Shown here one piece after another: positions 25,488 to 30,379 of a DNA stretch of 30,379 bases. The translations under genes and the position numbers were made by a program. Every line of letters begins with the position of its first letter. The first letter of the stretch is position 1. The DNA lies in NCBI GenBank assembly GCA_039208735.1, contig JBCCQY010000109.1, positions 1 through 30,379 of the forward strand, in the 5' to 3' direction. The notes below the pieces were generated by a model. The model searched no databases. It was not told the origin of the DNA and saw only the letters and a program-made list of their open reading frames with translations. The stretch is from Myxococcota bacterium (lineage in GTDB: Bacteria; Myxococcota_A; UBA796; GCA-2862545).

Positions 25488-26327
25488 TCAGAAATGGGTG
25501 CCGATGCCCACCGTGGCGGTCAGCGAACCGACGGGGTCGTTCGAGTCACGACCGAGATACCCCACATATCGGGCCTCGAAGTCGAGGACGGCGGAGCGGC
25601 CCAACGCCACTTCCAAACCACCGCCCCCCTGTAGACCAAACAGGTTGCTGCGAACAGGGAAGTCATTGCCGAACGTCTGGTCCTGAACCGAACGATGGGC
25701 GTACGCGGCCCCCCCCAACACGTAGGGGGTGAGGGGCGCCCGGGAGGTGGCGAACCACATCACAGAGCCGCCGAGCTGGGTCTGCTGGCGGGCCTGCTGC
25801 AGCAGCGGCCGACGCGTGACCCCAAAGTAGTGGCTCACATCCAGCTGGACCGCGAACGGCCCCCGCGGGCGGGCGCGGAACCAGCCTCCGACGCCTCCAT
25901 CCGTAAACAACCCGACATCGTTATTACCCGAAAGCACGGAGCCCCCGGTCAACCCGATCGCGACCGTGTTCTCGCGGTTGTACTTGGGGCCCCGGCGTCG
26001 CACAACGACGGACCGATTGGCCGGCGGGCGCGCCACCGGTGGAGCCCGACGAGCCACGGGCGCTCGGCGTACCGGACGACGCACCGGAGCCCGGCGGCGG
26101 GCAGGCGGTGCGGAACGCCTTACGGTTCGACGCGGCGGAGCCGAACGAGCCGTCCGCACAGGGCGCCCATTCTGCGTGCACTGGACCCGGCGATGCCGAT
26201 TTCCTGCGCCCCGGCGCGCAACTTCTCGTGGGTTGTCGACGGGGCGGCACTTCACGGGCTCACGCGCCCAGGCATCGCCGCCACCGAACAACTGCAACAT
26301 CACGCCAGTGAGGAAGACCATGCTCAT
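25488..26327 (-). CDS. Outer-membrane beta-barrel protein with Arg/Pro-rich N-terminal region
   Basis: Signal peptide ending AWA, LTPYVLGGAAY, alternating beta-strands and C-terminal ...GIGTHF. Confidence 0.8.
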   Translation of the reverse strand: MSMVFLTGVMLQLFGGGDAWAREPVKCRPVDNPREVARRGAGNRHRRVQCTQNGRPVRTARSAPPRRTVRRSAPPARRRAPVRRPVRRAPVARRAPPVARPPANRSVVVRRRGPKYNRENTVAIGLTGGSVLSGNNDVGLFTDGGVGGWFRARPRGPFAVQLDVSHYFGVTRRPLLQQARQQTQLGGSVMWFATSRAPLTPYVLGGAAYAHRSVQDQTFGNDFPVRSNLFGLQGGGGLEVALGRSAVLDFEARYVGYLGRDSNDPVGSLTATVGIGTHF

Positions 26328-26400
26328 GCTCCGGTCAGAAGGAGTTCGTGTCCAGTGGACGACGGACCGGAAGGATGCATTCGATCGATTCGCGGAAACC

Positions 26401-27372
26401 CTAGGGCATGTTTCCGTGGTTGGCGGAAAGCTCCTCTGCAACGGGCTGAGGCTGGTTGGATCCCCATTGGGGAGTCCCGTCGCGGAGCGATACCCTGATC
26501 TGTCCGCCACCATGTTTCGCGGCGTACATGGCCTCGTCTGCGCCACGCACCAACTCCGCAGCCGTTTGGCCCGAGGTGGGCCGCATCGCCACCCCACAGC
26601 GACACCCAATCCGCAGCACGTGCCCACCGATCACCATGGGGCTCTGCAGAGTCTCGACGACGGCCTCGGCCACTTCGATCGCTTCATCAAGACGCCCAAT
26701 CGGATCAACGAGCAGCGCAAACTCGTCACCGCCAAGGCGACCGATGGTGAGCTGGGGCCTCGTGAACCGCGCCCGTAGCCGACGGCCGATCTGCCGTAGC
26801 ACCTCGTCGCCAACCCAATGCCCAAACCCATCGTTGACTTGCTTGAAGCCATCGAGATCGAGAAAGAGTACCGCGAGCCGACCGTGCGAGCCCGCCTCTT
26901 CGATGGCATCCCCAAGCCGGGAGTAGAAGCTGGCGCGATTGTCGAGGCCGGTCAGGGGATCCTTAAACGCCAGCGTTCGCAGTCGATCGGAGGCCCAGCG
27001 CCGCTCGAGCGTCACTCGGATCGCCCGAACGATGCCAGCAATGCCTTCGGTCGGCTTCACGACGAAGCGATCGGCACCCGCCGCCATCGCGGCCGCGGCT
27101 TCTCCCTGTCGATTCAGGTTGCTCATCACCAGGATCTCGGCTCGCGTGGCCTGACGAATCCGGCGAAGCGCCGGCCCCGCCGTGCGCGTGCTTGCGCCCT
27201 GAAGGTCGATCACCACGACATCGTGCTCATCGGCCGATGCCATCGTCGTCGCCTGTTTGATGTTTTCGACGACCTCGACTTCGACGGTTTCATCGCTCAA
27301 CGACAGTGCCGTAATCACGTCGTAGGCGAAGGCCTCGTCCGACTCGACGAGCAACAAACGCGGATCTGTCAC
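26401..27372 (-). CDS. REC-GGDEF diguanylate cyclase
   Basis: DPLTGLDNR, FLDLDGFKQVND and RLGGDEF motifs with an N-terminal receiver domain. The start was set at GTG 27372. Confidence 0.92.
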   Translation of the reverse strand: MTDPRLLLVESDEAFAYDVITALSLSDETVEVEVVENIKQATTMASADEHDVVVIDLQGASTRTAGPALRRIRQATRAEILVMSNLNRQGEAAAAMAAGADRFVVKPTEGIAGIVRAIRVTLERRWASDRLRTLAFKDPLTGLDNRASFYSRLGDAIEEAGSHGRLAVLFLDLDGFKQVNDGFGHWVGDEVLRQIGRRLRARFTRPQLTIGRLGGDEFALLVDPIGRLDEAIEVAEAVVETLQSPMVIGGHVLRIGCRCGVAMRPTSGQTAAELVRGADEAMYAAKHGGGQIRVSLRDGTPQWGSNQPQPVAEELSANHGNMP

Positions 27373-27389
27373 TGCACCGACTCCGGGGA

Positions 27390-29075
27390 TCAAACTGCTG
27401 CCCAACGAACTTGGGGGACCACTGGAGCATTCGCCGCCGATTGCGGCCGCCCAAACAAGAAGCCCTGAAGCACCTGACAACCTTCCTTACGCAACATGGT
27501 GGCTTGCTGGACCGTCTCGACACCTTCGGCAACGACGTCGAGTCCGAGGCGTCGTCCGAGATCGAGAATCGAGCCCACGATCGAGAAACTACGGGGATTG
27601 GAGACGATATCGCGCACGAATCGCCGGTCCACCTTGATGGTGTGGATCGGAAACTCCTGCAAGCACGACAGCGAGGAGTAGCCGGTGCCAAAGTCATCCA
27701 AGGCAATGGAGACCCCCAAGGATCCCAGCTCCTCGAGGTTGGCCCGCGCCCGTCCATCGTTGGCGAGCATGACGCGCTCGGTGACTTCGAGTTCGAGGCA
27801 CGACGGCGGCAACTGAAACCGATCGAGGATCGTGCCGACCGTATCCGCGAGGTCACTTCGTTCGAGCTGGACCGGCGAGACGTTGACCGAGACCCGGGGC
27901 ACGTCGATGCCCCTTTCGCGCCACGACACCAGCTGAGTCACGGCCTGTTCAAGAACCCAGGCCCCGACCTCGATGATTTGTCCGCTGTCTTCCAGTTCAG
28001 GAATGAAGTCGGTCGGCCCGACAATTTCGCCATCGTGGTTCCAACGCAACAGCGCTTCCACCCCGACCAGACGCCCCGCGAGATCGACCTGCGGCTGGTA
28101 GTACAGCTCCAATTCGTCACGCGCGAGGGCCCCCGAAAGCAGCGTCGTTCGTGCCGCCTCATCGTGCACGAAGATGCCATTTCCCCCGGCCCGTTTCGCC
28201 TGGTACATCGCGTGATCTGCTGCCTTAAGCAGCTCTTGCGCGTCGTGAAGGCTCTCGTTCGTGGCGACGCCAATGCTCCCGGAAACGCGAACCGTCTGAC
28301 CCCGAATCTGAATGGGCTGCTCGATCGCCCGAAGAAGTCGACTGGCGACCTTCACACCGTCACGAGCCTCGTTGAGACCATCGATGAGCACGGCAAACTC
28401 ATCGCCTCCGAGGCGGCCCACCAGATCCTCGTGGCTCACGTGCCGACGCAGTCGACGCGCAATGATGCGGAGCAGCTCGTCGCCAGCGTCGTGACCCAGG
28501 GTGTCGTTCACGGGCTTGAAGCCATCAAGATCCAGGAACAACAAGCCAAAGAGCCGTCCACACTTGGCTGCGGCGTCCGCGGTGGATTCCAGCGTGCGCT
28601 GGAACAACACTCGATTCGCCAGACCGGTCAGGTTGTCGTGATGCGCGAGAAAATGGAGGTTCGTCTTCGAGTTATGCCTTTCCAATGACGAACGGACGGT
28701 GCGAACTAGACTTTCAGGATGATTGGGGTCCCGAAGCACGAAGTCATGCGCACCATGCCGAACTCCAGCGATCGCGATGTCCTCCTGGCCGGCATTGCAG
28801 ATGAGGACGATCGAGGTGGCCGGAGCAAGGGAAATCATGCGGAGAAGCGAACTCTCCAAGCGATCTCCGAGCGTCGTGACGTCCAACAGGGCACAATCGA
28901 TCGGGCCGCTTTCGAGCGCCCCCAACACGGCTGGAAAATCGTCTGCGTGTACGATCTGGTAAACATCCTGCGAGACCGCCATGGCATCGGCAACCGCATA
29001 CCCGTGCAACACATCGGGTTCGAGCAAAAGGATGCGAATCGCATCATCGGTCGTCCACTCACGTGTTGCAGACAA
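27390..29075 (-). CDS. REC-GGDEF-EAL protein
   Basis: DNLTGLANR, RLGGDEF, YYQPQ, EALLRW, DDFGTGYSS, VVAEGVE and QGFLF motifs. Confidence 0.94.
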   Translation of the reverse strand: MSATREWTTDDAIRILLLEPDVLHGYAVADAMAVSQDVYQIVHADDFPAVLGALESGPIDCALLDVTTLGDRLESSLLRMISLAPATSIVLICNAGQEDIAIAGVRHGAHDFVLRDPNHPESLVRTVRSSLERHNSKTNLHFLAHHDNLTGLANRVLFQRTLESTADAAAKCGRLFGLLFLDLDGFKPVNDTLGHDAGDELLRIIARRLRRHVSHEDLVGRLGGDEFAVLIDGLNEARDGVKVASRLLRAIEQPIQIRGQTVRVSGSIGVATNESLHDAQELLKAADHAMYQAKRAGGNGIFVHDEAARTTLLSGALARDELELYYQPQVDLAGRLVGVEALLRWNHDGEIVGPTDFIPELEDSGQIIEVGAWVLEQAVTQLVSWRERGIDVPRVSVNVSPVQLERSDLADTVGTILDRFQLPPSCLELEVTERVMLANDGRARANLEELGSLGVSIALDDFGTGYSSLSCLQEFPIHTIKVDRRFVRDIVSNPRSFSIVGSILDLGRRLGLDVVAEGVETVQQATMLRKEGCQVLQGFLFGRPQSAANAPVVPQVRWAAV

Positions 29076-29162
29076 GTGCCCCCCTCACCTCGCACCGGAA
29101 TCGGCTACGCCCAGCACGCCTTGAGTCTTTTGTTACCGCCATGAAACCCTTCGGTGAGCCAC

Positions 29163-30379
29163 ATGTCCGAGCACGGATACGATTCTAAGGAAAAGTCCCC
29201 TATGCTGCCGTTTCCCGTGGTCGGAATCGGAGCGTCTGCCGGGGGCCTTGAGGCGCTCCAGGATGTCTTCAGTAGCCTCAACACCGGCACCAACATGACG
29301 TTCTTCGTGGTCCAGCATCTTTCGCCGGACTTCAAGAGTATGATGGTGCAAATCCTACAACGACATACCCAACTCGAAGTCTTGCACGCCGAAGACGGGC
29401 TCGAGATTGCTCTAGGCCACGTTTACCTTCTGCCACCGAAGAAAGATGTTCGCATTCGCGGCCAGCGAATTGAACTCAATGATCGAGCCGGTACTGGCCT
29501 ACATCTCCCGATCGATCTGTTCCTCGAAAGCCTTGCCGACGTGCAGGGTAAGCGCGCTGTTGCGGTGATCTTGTCCGGAACGGGCACCGACGGATCGCGA
29601 GGCCTCGTTGAAATTCGGAAGCACGGTGGCTTGGTAATGGTCCAAGACCCCGCCACGGCAAAGTTCGATGGCATGCCGAGGAGCGCCATCGCCACCGGAG
29701 CCGTGGACTTCGTCCTTTCGCCCTTTGGACTTGCCGAACAGCTCGACTTGCTCCCGGGAACCCTTTCGTCGTTCACCCCGTCGACCGAAACAGAGCCCCT
29801 ACGCATTATTTTCCAGCTCGTCAGTCGGGAAACGCGACTCGACCTTTCGTACTACAAAGAAGGCACGCTGTTCCGCAGGATTCAGCGTCGCATGTCGCTC
29901 ATCGGGGTCGACAGTCTCGCCGACTATGAGCGAGCGCTGCAACAAGACAACAGCGAGCTGGAAGCACTGTGCGTCGACCTGTTGATCGGGGTCACCCGGT
30001 TCTTTCGCGATGCAGATGCCTGGCAACACCTAAGCGAGCAAGTGTTGAAGCCGCTCATCCGCGAGGACCGGGAGACTCGTATGTGGGTGGCGGGCTGCTC
30101 CACAGGTCAGGAGGCCTATTCGCTTGCGATTGCCATGCATGAGGCGGCCGGTGGGCTCACCGTCGATCCCAAGGTCCGCATCTTCGCCACCGACGCCAAC
30201 CCCACGGCCATCCGTCACGCGATGGCGGGCGAGTACTCAGCCGAGGAACTGGAGGAAGTGCCTTATGAATGGCGCACGAAGTACTTCGAGCCCCAGGATG
30301 ATGGCTTCCGCATTCGGCAGTTTCTCCGTAATGACATCACGTTCGCAGTGCACAACCTGCTCACGGACCCGCCGTTCAC
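29163..30379 (+). CDS. CheB-CheR fusion protein (partial, runs off the window; absent from the ORF track)
   Basis: Translated by hand: VVGIGASAGGLEAL, VVQHLSP and LSGTGTDG (CheB), then LLIGVTRFFRD, WVAGCSTGQEAYS, IFATD and FAVHNLLTDPPF (CheR). Confidence 0.93.
   Translation, partial: MSEHGYDSKEKSPMLPFPVVGIGASAGGLEALQDVFSSLNTGTNMTFFVVQHLSPDFKSMMVQILQRHTQLEVLHAEDGLEIALGHVYLLPPKKDVRIRGQRIELNDRAGTGLHLPIDLFLESLADVQGKRAVAVILSGTGTDGSRGLVEIRKHGGLVMVQDPATAKFDGMPRSAIATGAVDFVLSPFGLAEQLDLLPGTLSSFTPSTETEPLRIIFQLVSRETRLDLSYYKEGTLFRRIQRRMSLIGVDSLADYERALQQDNSELEALCVDLLIGVTRFFRDADAWQHLSEQVLKPLIREDRETRMWVAGCSTGQEAYSLAIAMHEAAGGLTVDPKVRIFATDANPTAIRHAMAGEYSAEELEEVPYEWRTKYFEPQDDGFRIRQFLRNDITFAVHNLLTDPPF

Overview
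A GC-rich bacterial window with a Myxococcota-like gene repertoire (Hanks-type kinase, ECF/anti-sigma pair, CheB-CheR fusion); the taxon is inferred, not shown. Bases 1-5285 are an accessory island at the 3' end of tRNA-Trp. It holds a FitA/VapC toxin-antitoxin pair, two complete IS5-family (IS903-like) elements and several IS remnants, a Fic pseudogene and an orphan tRNA-Arg(CCT) 3' half that looks like an att site. Bases 5.4-18.6 kb look like core genome: an alpha/beta hydrolase, two TetR regulators, kynA, a beta-helix lipoprotein plus diheme cytochrome pair, an ECF sigma/anti-sigma pair, a decayed CheR/kinase/receiver relic, an unusual ergothioneine locus, an M14 peptidase and a dienelactone hydrolase. 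The ergothioneine locus has EgtD fused to a stripped FGE-sulfatase domain, converging on an Egt1-like sulfoxide synthase. A 5.2-kb lower-GC element is integrated in the 3' end of the dienelactone hydrolase gene (106-bp direct repeat). It has decayed to a terminase fragment, an iteron-like array and IS debris, but keeps an open polymorphic toxin-like gene with a coupled immunity candidate. The window ends with a Ser/Thr kinase, a beta-barrel OMP, two c-di-GMP enzymes and a partial CheB-CheR gene. All family calls come from motif recognition by eye; no searches were run.
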